Shown in pieces: positions 1 to 10,847 of a stretch of 64,000 nucleotides of DNA. Below the pieces are notes generated by a model. That model was not told the origin of the DNA, made no database searches, and saw only the letters and a list, made by a program, of their open reading frames with translations. Both the position numbers and the translations under genes were made by a program. This DNA is from Macrostomum lignano (lineage: Eukaryota): contig NIVC01001021.1 of the NCBI GenBank assembly GCA_002269645.1, positions 124,001-188,000 on the forward strand, given 5' to 3'. How positions within the stretch are numbered: the stretch's first letter is position 1; the number at the start of each line of letters is the position of its first letter.

Positions 1-460
1 TTCGCGACCTCCCGCTGCGCCAATTATCCGCCCATCCCACCTCCGGATTGCGCAATTTTCCCATTTCTCATGTTGCTTTGCCGTTCTCATGCTTCTCATC
101 ATGACTCATTCTGACGTCATTCTGCCGGCAGCCAATCAGAGAGAGGGAGTCATGGAAACTACCTTGGAGCGGCGGCTGGGAAGGCTATTTAAGGAAGTGG
201 TTTTCGGCATGAGAACCCTCAGAAGGTTATGTCTTGCTTCAACTGAGTAGAGACCTGTTTGTCTCCTCGTCCTTCTTTGGACCTGCTGTCAGACGCTGAT
301 CTGACCCGTTCGTCAATAGGACGAACCTCTGCCGGCCAGCGGTCTGATACCGCCCAGCATCTTCAGCATCGCCTGAACTACATCCGCGCCTCGTCGCTTC
401 AGCGCATCGCCGCTTCCCAGTCTGCCTGTCTGCAGCCAGCAGCCGCCCACGGTCACTCCA

Positions 461-521
<61 letters not shown>

Positions 522-1407
522 AGCTGCCGGTAAGTTTCTGTTACTAATTTGTGCTCTAATTGCCTTGCTTATCCGGGGTTTGCCTATTTTCCATTGCTTG
601 ATTAGAGAGCTGAGCCAATTGTGATACCGTATTATTTGCTGTATTTATTCAATCGCGAAGCCGCCTAATTGCCTGATTATTTTGCCTAAGGGCCTAATTA
701 TTAACCATTACTAAACTCCTCATTATTCACACTTCACCATCATTTAATTCATGGCTTGCTAAGCCTGTTTGGGTAAGCTAATGGCCTCTCCCCGTGCAAA
801 GCCCGCCCGTGTGCGCGAGTGCTGCGGGTCTGAGTGTGCGTGCAGTAGAGGGAATTAGCGGGTCTTGGCACAGAATGGCAGTAGGAAGGTTGCAACCCCA
901 TGCTAACGCGTCCCTTCGCCCTGAGCAATCTAAACTATAGCTAGTACATGTTCGCCTCACACTACTCTTAGTAATTAAAGCCGCAAGTCAGCCTCGCTGA
1001 CAGCCACAAAGGATCCCCTGCTGAGAAATCCTCCAGATTGAGCCCAGAGTTCCCGATCATGCCCCAAGCAGAGTCCCTGTACTCGGCTGCATGTGTCTCC
1101 CCTGTTAGCCTAAATCGCCTGGTAACCTGGTAACCTGGTAGCCAGGTCACATAGAGTGGTGGCAGCCACTCGGTCATGCTGTGACCGAGTGACCAACTAT
1201 TGCACCTTGGCTACAGGTGGGGTCCATGTGGGTCCTTGGCCCTCTGGTCACGAAAGCGCTACCAAAGCTATCAATCATGTGGGCGGGACAGTCTGGTGCT
1301 GGAGGTCCGTCAGGTCATTGCCCGGTCATAGGTAGCCTACGGTCATTGCCCCCTCTGGTCATGCGTTCGTCTCTCAACGAAGCGGACGGGCGACAAGGGC
1401 GGTTACA
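1..1407 (+). other. GC-richer promoter/LTR-like block (possible LTR or solo LTR extending beyond the window start)
   Basis: TGACGTCA and CCAATCA near 112-137, TATTTAA at ~185, AG|GTAAGT-like donor at ~529. The block ends in ...GGTTACA at 1407, where composition turns abruptly AT-rich. No partner LTR is visible in the window. Confidence 0.3.
464..517. repeat. (CT)n microsatellite
   Basis: Perfect CT dinucleotide run. Confidence 0.95.
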
Positions 1408-1995
1408 TCATAATATTGAATAGATAATATAGGCCTTAATTATTTCATTAACTTGTTCGAATTCTCGCGGTTAATTCTTGATAACAAATGCGATCTGAGT
1501 TCGTATCTGTGACTCTCCCATTTGGTCCATTTTTGCAGAAACTTATGAACTCTTCATCACTCGTTCAGATGGTAAACTTCTCTTATCTTGCCTTAAATTT
1601 AAGGCTGTTTGAAGTCTAAAAATACGCGAGATTACTTGAGTATACGACCTACGACACTGTACTGTTCTGTGACACTGTTTAACTTTGTTTATCGAATTTA
1701 CAGAATACTGCAATCGGTAGCTGCTGTATCCGGATTCCAAAAAAGAGAACCTGGTCTGAACAGCTGATGACGCGTACGCGCTTTCAAATGATTCGAGCTA
1801 GATTCAGTTGTGCTCCCGTCCCACTGACAATAACGGACTTTTGGGATGGATATAAGCCGTATTATTAGTTATACACTCTTTTATCGATAGTACTTTCCAC
1901 ATATACTAAATACCTGTTGTAAATACCCTTAGTATTTGTGGTACCTTCTGTGACCTCGGTGATGTATTACCATTTAGTAACTAAGGTCGAGGTTC

Positions 1996-2560
1996 TCATC
2001 CATAATTGTATCTGTGCAGGTAATATATCGCGGAGGTCCCTGGTATCTTCTTGGCTGTCCCGTGCAGCCAATGTGCAAATTGAGCCTTGTTCCTGTTGCC
2101 AGTTCTTGTTTGACCTCTTGACTGCCTCGTGAGCTGTTGCAATTTTTTAAGCGAAAGGTTGGATAACTTTTGTGTAAGCATCATCTTCAGTGCCTCTTGG
2201 TTAGCAATTCCAAATATGAATTGGTCACGAAGTCGGCTTTCCAGTTTCGAAGGACCCGTCGGTTGCCATCTTGCTTCTGCGTTTCTGAACTGAAGTCGCA
2301 ATTCTCAGATGCCGCTCGAAGCTTCCACGCGCGTTTCGGAACATCGTCATCGGCTTGGCGCTGCAGTCGAGAGTTTCTTGGACTGAAACTGTCCCAGGAT
2401 GATCCCCTTCAGCTCGCTCAGCGACTTGTCAGCTGTGCTCCAGTGGAACTATTGTATCAGCTACCAATTCTGAACGCCTCCAAGCCCATCATTGCCAGCA
2501 GTGCACTTTTCAGTCTGCCGCCCTTCCCTGGAAATGCTGTTGATGTTTGAGCTTTTGTTC
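1996..2560 (-). pseudogene. Degenerate LTR-retrotransposon Gag fragment
   Basis: Minus-strand translation gives ...AASENCDF... and SRLRDQFIFGIANQEALKMMLTQK, resembling the RDQF(I/V)xG Gag motif. Interrupted by stops and frameshifts. Confidence 0.6.
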
Positions 2561-2599
2561 AGCTGCTAAAGCTCTTTGCTCTTTCTCTTATATTTGTTC

Positions 2600-3160
2600 T
2601 TATAAAGTAATTTGTTCGAGCCGTGGGACAAGGAAGCCTCTATGTTCGCTTCGCTCCTACCATCGGGTCTGCTCCCTGCACTTCCAGGACCAATCCTTCG
2701 TGACTTCGTCGCAAAATTTAAGTCCTCGATGCAAAAGGCCTGTTGCAGACGACCAGCAACACTTGAAAATCGGCGCCTGACAGCTGATGCTGTACTCTGC
2801 ATCTTTCCTAATGCTCCCTCCTATTTGAGCAGGAAAAAGCACACCGGAGCGCTCGACCAATCTGGCATCTTCAGAGAGTTGCAGAGAGAATGCCATGCAG
2901 CGATCCAAGGAAGTGGCAATGGAATTTCTACACAAAGATGGCAACACTGGTTTTCTGGCACTTGTGTCAGTCAATCTGCCCCACCATTTACAGTGCTTTC
3001 ACAAGCAGATTTCTGCTTTAGCTGTCACGTTCTTCATCACCAGATTCTCTCTGACGGAGAGGTTGAAGGTAGTGCGGTACTGACTGTAAGTGAGACTTTA
3101 TGTGCTCTGAAATCACTATCGATGGAAAGAGGCGCGCTTCCTTTGGTAAGGATCTGACCT
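2600..3160 (+). pseudogene. Frameshifted THAP-domain (P-element/THAP9-like) remnant
   Basis: Two + frames together give W...RVCSLHF...RLTADAVLCIFPNAPSYLS, matching the THAP C2CH 'CSxHF' and 'AVPTIF' motifs. Confidence 0.55.
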
Positions 3161-3749
3161 CCGATGGCAAGTAGCTACACGCTTTCTCGCACGTGAAGAA
3201 CTACGATCTAGATGAGGCTATAGAGCACGGGAAAATTTGCAAAACATTGCAATATAGACAAATACACTTCGTTTTCAAATATTTTTTCTGACAAATAGAA
3301 TTCCCATTGATTTTTAGACCAGAATTTCACACCGAAGCCAGCTGAGTCGCTTCCTGAGGAGTAAAGCGAACACAGAGGCAGGGTTCCTTGCTCAAAGCCT
3401 GCGTAGTTGTACTGTACTTGTACTGGAGGATGAACCATAAACAAATAGTCGTATTCAGCACTGATGCTAAGTGCATTTCAATAGACTAAAAAGCCATGAC
3501 AGTTGTGGCATTTGGAAATAAAAGAATTCCCATTTTCTTGAAGATTAATTTAATAACTGCGTCACAGAAACTACAGAGACGCTTAGATTAGCTACTGTCT
3601 TCGGCGTTGCTGGCACTTTGTCTCCCTTGTCCCATCATCGTACGTACTACTGAACCCAACAATAAGTACAATGAACTAGGCGTCCACAGTATCCAGACTT
3701 ACTCGTAGATACGTTTGTATTTGGACTATACTTTAGATTAAACTGCAGA

Positions 3750-3875
3750 TCAATTGGGGCTTACGTTGCATACTTTGTATCGAATATTTAAACCGACTGA
3801 TTTTGTACATTTTGGCAGTAACTTAATGCTCGTTCGTCACTCAGATATTAATGACCACCTGAAAAATATCCTAAG
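3750..3875 (+). CDS. Possible upstream exon of the membrane-protein gene at 4126-5661
   Basis: CTGCAG acceptor-like site at ~3749 and an open frame (LGLTLHTLYRIFKPTDF...). The donor is uncertain. Confidence 0.25.
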
Positions 3876-4125
3876 GTCTGATTTTGACGGTCGACTGGAA
3901 GACGCAGCTTTGGCGCAGGTTTTCTGTTGTTTTCTTCCTGTGTATTTGACTTTAAATAAAGTATTCGAGTCAAGTGGCAAGTTTTCCCTTAGCAGTGTAG
4001 GGCATGGTTGTTCAATAATCTTGCAAGCTAGAATTTGATCTCAGTACGTGCTCACAATCAGGATCATGGTTCAGATGTAAAAATTGGAACGTACTCAACG
4101 CATGAGCTTCGTATATGCATTCCAG

Positions 4126-5661
4126 AAATTTCGCAGCGAATCACTATTGCATACACGAGCATACGTTAAGTCTGCTAATTGATGAGTTCTACAACCGGGA
4201 CGAGCTGCTCATACCACGCGTTCTTGGCACGTCCCCTCAGGACCAGATCCAAATAAAATGCAGATGGGACATCAAACTGAAGATAGCGAAGCCCGGCACC
4301 CAGCTTCGGATCTCAGCATTGCCCAACAAGAAAGACGGACCGAAAACTGCCGATGGGGACGCCAAACTGTCGGTCGACTTCTTGAACAGCAATTCCGTCA
4401 GCGTTACGACCGGCATGTTTCAAGTTTTACCAGCGACAGAGCAGTGAGTACAGCTCAAGCTGATGCTGTTTGTCTCATTGAATCGTTGAATTCGATGAAT
4501 CAAGGAAACCTTGGGGACTTCATTTCAGTCGGCGCTTCACCGTCGAAGTCAACTGGGATCCAGGGATGCAGAAACCGAGCTCCGACTACCTGAGGATATT
4601 GCTGCCGATTCCGGGACAGTGCGGCCGAGACATGCTGTGGTTCAATGGCAGCTGCTATGCTGTCAGTGCAGTGCAGCAGAGTGTGGCTGACGCTACAGAT
4701 AGCGTTGGAGGCGATGCTCAGCTGGCCAGCTTCTCCAGCATGGCTGAGATCAGCGAGTTTGTTGTTGCCAGTGAGTCATTATGAGCTGTCTTCGTTGGAC
4801 TCGCTTTTAAGTACGTACGAGTTGTCTCAAGCACACAAATCCCATCTCATTGAACTGCAGACACGGCAAGGCAGAATAAGTTACCCTACCGACGGCCTCT
4901 GAGTCTGAAACAGCCGGTCCGTCTCGGCATGTTCCACAATGCATCAGCTGCTACCGTGTTGTCCGCGGTCAGGAGTGACAGCGGCTGCCTTCTGCAGCTT
5001 GTGTCGAATTCGTTTAACTCTTCGTAAGAATTTAAGTCAATTGGATTTTTGCTTGGCTGTGTTTTAAATTTCATTTCTGTCTGTCCCCATTTCGCGTGTA
5101 TGGCAATTTTTAGAACTAGTTTGAGGGTTTGTGGCCCTCTGATTGGCTAACCATTCTAGCTGTGGCCTTTGATAGTTTCTTGTCAATCTGCCCTGGGCCT
5201 TTTTGCTGAGCCATGCATTCACGTTGTTGGTGAGCTAATCTACAGAAATCCAAGTGCACAATTATAACGTTTTCAGACTGACTGGCCGAGGGAGAGGTCC
5301 ATGCTTGTCACTAAGGGTGACTGACACAGACTCACCGGTGGTCGAGTTCGTTAACTGCAGCAGCCCGATGCTGTCGCTGCTGAGCTTCCCGGAGACTGCG
5401 CGCTCCGTGCCGAGCTCAGCTCACTGCAGCGGCGGCGAGCTCATGAAGCTGGTTCAACGGAAGCTGAGCACAACTGCGGTTCATTCTCGGAGAGCTCAGA
5501 TAGCGATTTTCTCTTCCGTTGGTATCGTTGTCTTCTTGCTGATTTCCGTCTCAGTGGGCTTGGCGTACTACAAGCGAGTCAGGCAGCAGAACAATACAAG
5601 CAACAATTCAGTAAGACGACGTGACCTTGCAATGTCCGGCTTCGGCCCTTTAATATTTTAA
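4126..5661 (+). CDS. 3' part of a single-pass membrane protein with CUB-like and degenerate C-type lectin-like ectodomain; exons 4126-4443, 4529-4770, 4861-5023, 5277-5661
   Basis: All three GT-AG introns keep frame (phases 2, 1, 2). CRWDIKLKIAKPGTQLRI is CUB-like; CGRDMLWFNGSCYAVS...LASFSS is a CTLD N-terminus; the TM segment IAIFSSVGIVVFLLISVSVGLAYY is followed by KRVR. Confidence 0.75.
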
Positions 5662-5790
5662 GGGCCCGCCCGCCTTTCATTATGAAGTTTATGTCTTTTG
5701 AAGTTTAGGTTGGGGAGGCTAAAAAAAGACTAATAATTTTTTATGAATTAAGCTCCTGATATCTAAGCTTTGACACTTCATCAATCCCCC

Positions 5791-5925
5791 GTCAGCCTTG
5801 ACATCTCAGCGAATTCTCCGTCAGCCTTGACATCTCAGCGAATTCTCCGTCAGCCTTGACATCTCAGCGAATTCTCCGTCAGCCTTGAAATCTCAGCGAA
5901 TTCTCCGTCAGCCTTGACATCTCTG
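5791..5925. repeat. 29-bp tandem repeat (GTCAGCCTTGACATCTCAGCGAATTCTCC), ~4.5 copies
   Basis: Read directly from the sequence. Confidence 0.9.
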
Positions 5926-6769
5926 AATTTATTTTCGTAAGCCTTGATCTGAGAAATTTTCTATGAGCCTTGACATCTTAGCAATTTCCCAATGAATCTT
6001 TTATATTTGACATGACGCTACTTTTATGCTTGACATGATGCTTTTTTGTGTTTTTTTTTCCTTTCCATGAGTTTTCTTCACATTAAGAATCATTTAATAA
6101 TAAAATCGAACTCTCAAAATTCGAACCTGTCGCTGCATTAGCAGTTCAGTTCGTTCACGTCTAGGCTAGCTCTCATCCAACTGATGACATGAATTGTATC
6201 ACTTAGTATTCAACACTCACATTAAGTCGAGTCGGTTGGAGTAAAACTCAGAAAACAGTTATGACGTAACAGATTATTCAAAAAGTCTGATATTCTCCAT
6301 TAAAGTTAACAATATGGTTACGCAATCTAAATCACGTCTTGTACTTTGCTTCCACACTGTTTTAAACACTGTGACGCAATTCAAGTCAGTCACAATTACG
6401 CCAGTAAACTGACTAAAAAACCCCGTTGTGATGCAATCTTTCTCAGAATCGCAATAGTCAATCAGTTCTTTCTCTAGCATTCTTACAACGCGTTTCAAGT
6501 CGAAAAGTCTGCTTAGGCTTTTTAAAAAGCTGCTTATTGAATATCTCTTATTTAATCCCTTTAGCATCGAGCAATTTTTTAGCCCAAACTGATGTACCAT
6601 CATGGGAAAATTTCTGATCGAACGTGTAATTGACTTGCAATATTTTTATCGATTTTCTCGAACTGAGTGAGTGAGTTATATTATAATATCAATGTACATC
6701 TCAGCTCAAACCGCAGTCTTTCGACATTACAGTGGCCTCGCAAGCAAGCCCATTTTGGCTAGCCACTCG

Positions 6770-8330
6770 ATCATGGCTCAATTCATCTCACTGCCACCCC
6801 CTGAGCAATTCAGCACTAGTGAAGATCAACAGAATGCCGGTAAACGCTATAACAAATGGTCCGATCAAGCATCTTTATCGAAGCATCATGCATCAAAGAC
6901 GAAACTCAGAAGTGCACGCTTCTGGCCCACACGGCCGGCTGAGAAATCGCGCAAGGCATAAAGGACCTGCTAAATGACAAGAAAGGCAGCCTTGAAACTC
7001 TGCTTGCAGCAACTAAAGAGCACTTCAAGGAGCGCAACAGCATCGTATTTTCCCGCTATCAGTTTCGCCTATGTGTTCAGCAACATCGCCCATGTGTTCA
7101 GCAAACAGGAGAGCCCGTGGACTCCTGGTACTCCCGACTCAACTCATGAGAGGCATGAGAGTTCTTAGCACTCAAGAACTCCTTAATCAGAGATCAGTTA
7201 GTGGCGACATGCCGCTCCGATAAACTTTGACGAATATTGCTGCAGGAGTCCAACATTCAGGCTGCAGGAGTCCATGAGCGATGCGTTGAAAGCAGTTGAA
7301 GCAGTTCAGAGACAGCGAAACGCTCCTGAACAGTCAGCGGGTCCCCGGCGGCCCAGCAAACAGCGGCCCAACCAGCTGCTATCGATGCGGCAAGCGCGGA
7401 CACAGCTCATGCAACGCGGCAAAAGGCAACACCTGCCAGGCATGCGGCAAGCTAAACCAGCATGCAGACAACGCAGGCCTCAGACAAGCTCCAACATCAA
7501 CGCCGTAGCGGACAAAGAAGCTGAGGCGGTCTTCACCGATCACGATTGGCTTAAGGCCTTCACTATCCAGTCGCAAAAACCTGCGCCCACACACAACTCC
7601 GCCAACACTCGTCTGAAGATCGAGGGCAAGGACTTCATTGTACTCGGGGATAGTGGAGCCAGCTGCAGCGCCGTGAGCACCGCAGCTAGCAGACATCTAT
7701 TTTCATTTCCCATCACTAAAGGCTGTGGAACGATACGAGACACCGCTTTCAACATGGGAATTCTACACATTCAACATCCAACGGCTAAAGTCGACTCTGT
7801 GCGGCCCACGGAAAATCCAGCTGCATCAAGTATTCAAGCACTGTTCACCAAGTACAGAGGTGTTGACCAAGAACTTCCAACCGAACTCCGCATCAGCAGC
7901 ATCCTTGGTGAGTTCCAGTCCATCTTCGAAGGTCTTGGCTGCGTGAAGGGCGTCGAGGTTGATGTTCGTCTTTGACCAGAAGCTGTCTCGGTCTGCCACA
8001 CACCCTCCAGAGTTCCCGTCCACCAGCGGTCGCGGAACTACAGGCCCTCCTCGACCAAGGCATCATCAACGGCCTGTCACCGTGGGTCTCTCGCATGGTT
8101 GTCGTCCCGAAAGTAAGCAGTGGCGTCCGCATCTGCCAGGACCTGCGTGACGTCAACTCATTAGCCGTGCCAGAAAAGTAGCCCATCCGAACCTTTGAGG
8201 AGATCGCGGACGAGATGGCGGGTTCCACGGTGTTCAGCGAGCTCGACATCGTGAAGGCTTTCCATCAGATTTTTTGTCAAACCGGAACATCTTGGGTCGT
8301 ATGCGACTGAACAGACAGCATGGGATTCAC
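6770..8330 (+). pseudogene. Degenerate gag-pol of the old LTR element (zinc knuckle, protease, partial RT)
   Basis: CYRCGKRGHSSC...CQACGK knuckle, IVLGDSGASCS protease, and SPWVSRMVVVPK...RICQDLRDVN...FSELDIVKAFHQI RT motifs lie across several frames with stops. RT C-half, RNase H and integrase are deleted. Confidence 0.85.
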
Positions 8331-8707
8331 CAGCGCATCCGAGATACGCATCTAGATGCCTTTCGAGGTTGAACCCTGGACTTTCATCGACAAGCGAGGC
8401 AATTCCTACCTCCCGCGGCAAGGCGACCGGACATGCACTCGCCACTAGCTGACGCACATCCGGACTCTGACAGCGGCTGAGGACCCACCACCAGAAGCGG
8501 ACGCGCGGCCAAGGACAAGCCTATCAGCTACAGAGTTTGACGCCTAGTTTGTGCTAAGAACTGAGCCAATGTGCATTTTTACCCTTCATCTTTTATTCCT
8601 TATTCCTTATCATTTTATTTCGCGTTTCTGAGCAGTTTAGCTTTTCGGGAGAAATGTATTGCCTTGCAATATTGTTATCAATTTTCCCCAACTGAGTGAG
8701 TGAGTTA

Positions 8708-9416
8708 TGTAGTAGGGGGTTTAGTTTCAAGCAGTTTTGCTAAGGCGTTTGCCATTCGTCGAGTCAATTATTTTAGTAGCATGAATTCTAGAATAAGCAG
8801 TTTTGCTTTTACGCTACTATTAGTAGTTCACCTTCGGGAAAATATCTGAAGTTATGGGAATTCGAGTCTTAGCGGGTTTCTCTATTAGTAAAAGGCTGTT
8901 TGGCCTCGGGAAAAGCATCCTGTTCAGGACCGTCCATTGGACAACATTTGTAAGAGATCTAAGTCTCAAATAAGCCAGACTAAGGGAGTCTCCCCTTTAT
9001 AAAATAAAAGAATATATATAAGAAAGTATAAAAGGTAAGATCGGGGTAAAATAGGGAGGCTAAGAGGAGTCTACCGCTTAGTCAAAACGGAGTCTACCGA
9101 GAATAGGAATTAGTACAGTCAGTTAGATAGAAGTACGGGAAAGGAACCAGGAGTCTACCGGTTCTAATAACGTAGTAATAATAGTGCTTAAATCTTTGCA
9201 TATTTGGTTCAATAATATCATTTTCTTTTGTTTGTTTATTCCAATAATCTTCCATGAAGTCGACTCTTGTCTCACTTATTTTAATCTAAAACTATTATTA
9301 TAAGGGACATTAGTCTGGTGGCAGCAACCTACCAAATTAGAGTACATAATAACAGAAGTAATAATAGAAAACCAGAATAAACCAGTAGCCTAAACCGCAG
9401 GTACCACGCGTGTCCA
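8708..9416 (+). repeat. 5' LTR (709 bp)
   Basis: TGTAGTAG...GTGTCCA. By eye it differs from the 3' LTR at 3 positions, all within the first ~145 bp. Confidence 0.95.
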
Positions 9417-9418
9417 AT

Positions 9419-9428
9419 TGGTGGCAGC
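9419..9428 (+). promoter_or_regulatory. Primer-binding site TGGTGGCAGC (complementary to a tRNA-Leu-type 3' end)
   Basis: Lies 2 nt after the 5' LTR and begins with TGG. The tRNA assignment comes from recall of the Leu 3' end ...GCUGCCACCA. Confidence 0.7.
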
Positions 9429-9836
9429 TTAGGGGATTAGTAAACCCGAGAAACGCAAAAAGTTAAAGACTGGTGCAAAACTAGCAAAATCAGTAATATA
9501 TATAACCTGCAAAATAAAAACGTTTCGGAAAGTCAGAATCAGGAGAGAAGGTAATCTAAATACTGAAACTAATGCGATAATCCTAAATCCTAGGATTAAC
9601 AAATTAAAGAACGAATTAACGCTTCTATTGAACTAGCAGTTTCGAAATTTGATAGCAAGGTCATAATTGACCCAGTTAAAAGTGAAGAGATCACGCAGTC
9701 TAGCAGTTCTGTTCACAAATTAGAAATAACCAATTAAAAACTAGTTAAATAGATCAGTGACTCAGGAGTCTCCCAGTCTCACTGAATTCAATTAATAGTA
9801 AGTATCAGAAGCGATAATTCGTAATTCGAAAAACTA

Positions 9837-10847
9837 ATGGACGCCAACGAAGTAGTAGAAGCTCTGGCTGAAGGAATTAGAGACAGACTAGACATTAGAA
9901 AGCACATTAGGATCCAAAAGTACACGCCTAATCAAGATATAGACGTATGGATTCAGGCTTTTGAGCAAAGGTGTATCGCAGATGAGATACCTGCAGCCGA
10001 TTGGAAAAATGAACTACTATCTAATCTAGATGTCCAATCAGCGTTTGCTATTGTGACAAGGCTGAATTTAGACCCTAATCTACCGTATGCTGAATTCAAG
10101 GATAGGCTCATCGAACGATTCACGCATGCGGGTAGTGCCCAAGAAGCTAGGGAAGAATTCCGCAGCAGATATCAATCTAAGACAGAGAGCTCTGACGACT
10201 ATGCGGAGAAGCTGACAGAGTTAGCCTATATGGCATTTCCCCACCTAACTAATGACCAAAGACAGGAAGAAGTGGTGGAACAATTTATTAGAGGTGTTAG
10301 GATAACCCCAGAGGCTAGGGAGAAGCTACTGCTAGCACAGGCGAACACACTCCAAGAGACACGTCGAGTTTTGCGACGTATCGAAATGGCGTATACCATG
10401 TCTCGCCGAGGTAGAGATCCAGCTCAGTGCAAGGCAACTGGAGGAGATGAGGCGGAAAGTAGCTTGAGGGAGTTAGTCCGCAAGCAAGGTGAGACACTAG
10501 AAAGCCAGCAGAGGGTACTCCAGGAGTTGCTTCGACACCAGCAGAGTGCTGAGCAGAAGGCTAGACAGAAGCCGTACCAAGGCCAGCAACAGGGCCAAGG
10601 TCAGAAGCAGCCAGTAAAGTGCTTCAAGTGTGGGAAAAGCGGTCACATAGCTAAGCATTGCCAGCAGCAGCAGAATCAGCCGCAGTTTCCGCAGCAGCAG
10701 TTTCCACAACCACCACAGTTTATTCCGTACCAGCCGCAGTACCCGCCGCCGCAGTTCCCGCAGCAGCAGTTCCCGCAGCAGTACCAGAATAAGAATCAGG
10801 GAAACGGAGTAGCCGGAAGCGTAGGAGGCAACGCTTTCCAGAAGTAG
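9837..10847 (+). CDS. gag: Gag (336 aa) with CCHC zinc knuckle and Gln/Pro-rich tail
   Basis: Intact ATG ORF; CFKCGKSGHIAKHC. Confidence 0.95.
   Translation: MDANEVVEALAEGIRDRLDIRKHIRIQKYTPNQDIDVWIQAFEQRCIADEIPAADWKNELLSNLDVQSAFAIVTRLNLDPNLPYAEFKDRLIERFTHAGSAQEAREEFRSRYQSKTESSDDYAEKLTELAYMAFPHLTNDQRQEEVVEQFIRGVRITPEAREKLLLAQANTLQETRRVLRRIEMAYTMSRRGRDPAQCKATGGDEAESSLRELVRKQGETLESQQRVLQELLRHQQSAEQKARQKPYQGQQQGQGQKQPVKCFKCGKSGHIAKHCQQQQNQPQFPQQQFPQPPQFIPYQPQYPPPQFPQQQFPQQYQNKNQGNGVAGSVGGNAFQK

Noticed and set aside
1764-1790. CTGATGA followed by the palindrome CGCGTACGCG (hammerhead-like start)
   Set aside because: Followed by CTTTC rather than GAAA, so the catalytic core is incomplete.
6274-6603. 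109-aa minus-strand ATG ORF
   Set aside because: AT-rich, with no recognisable domain or splice context.
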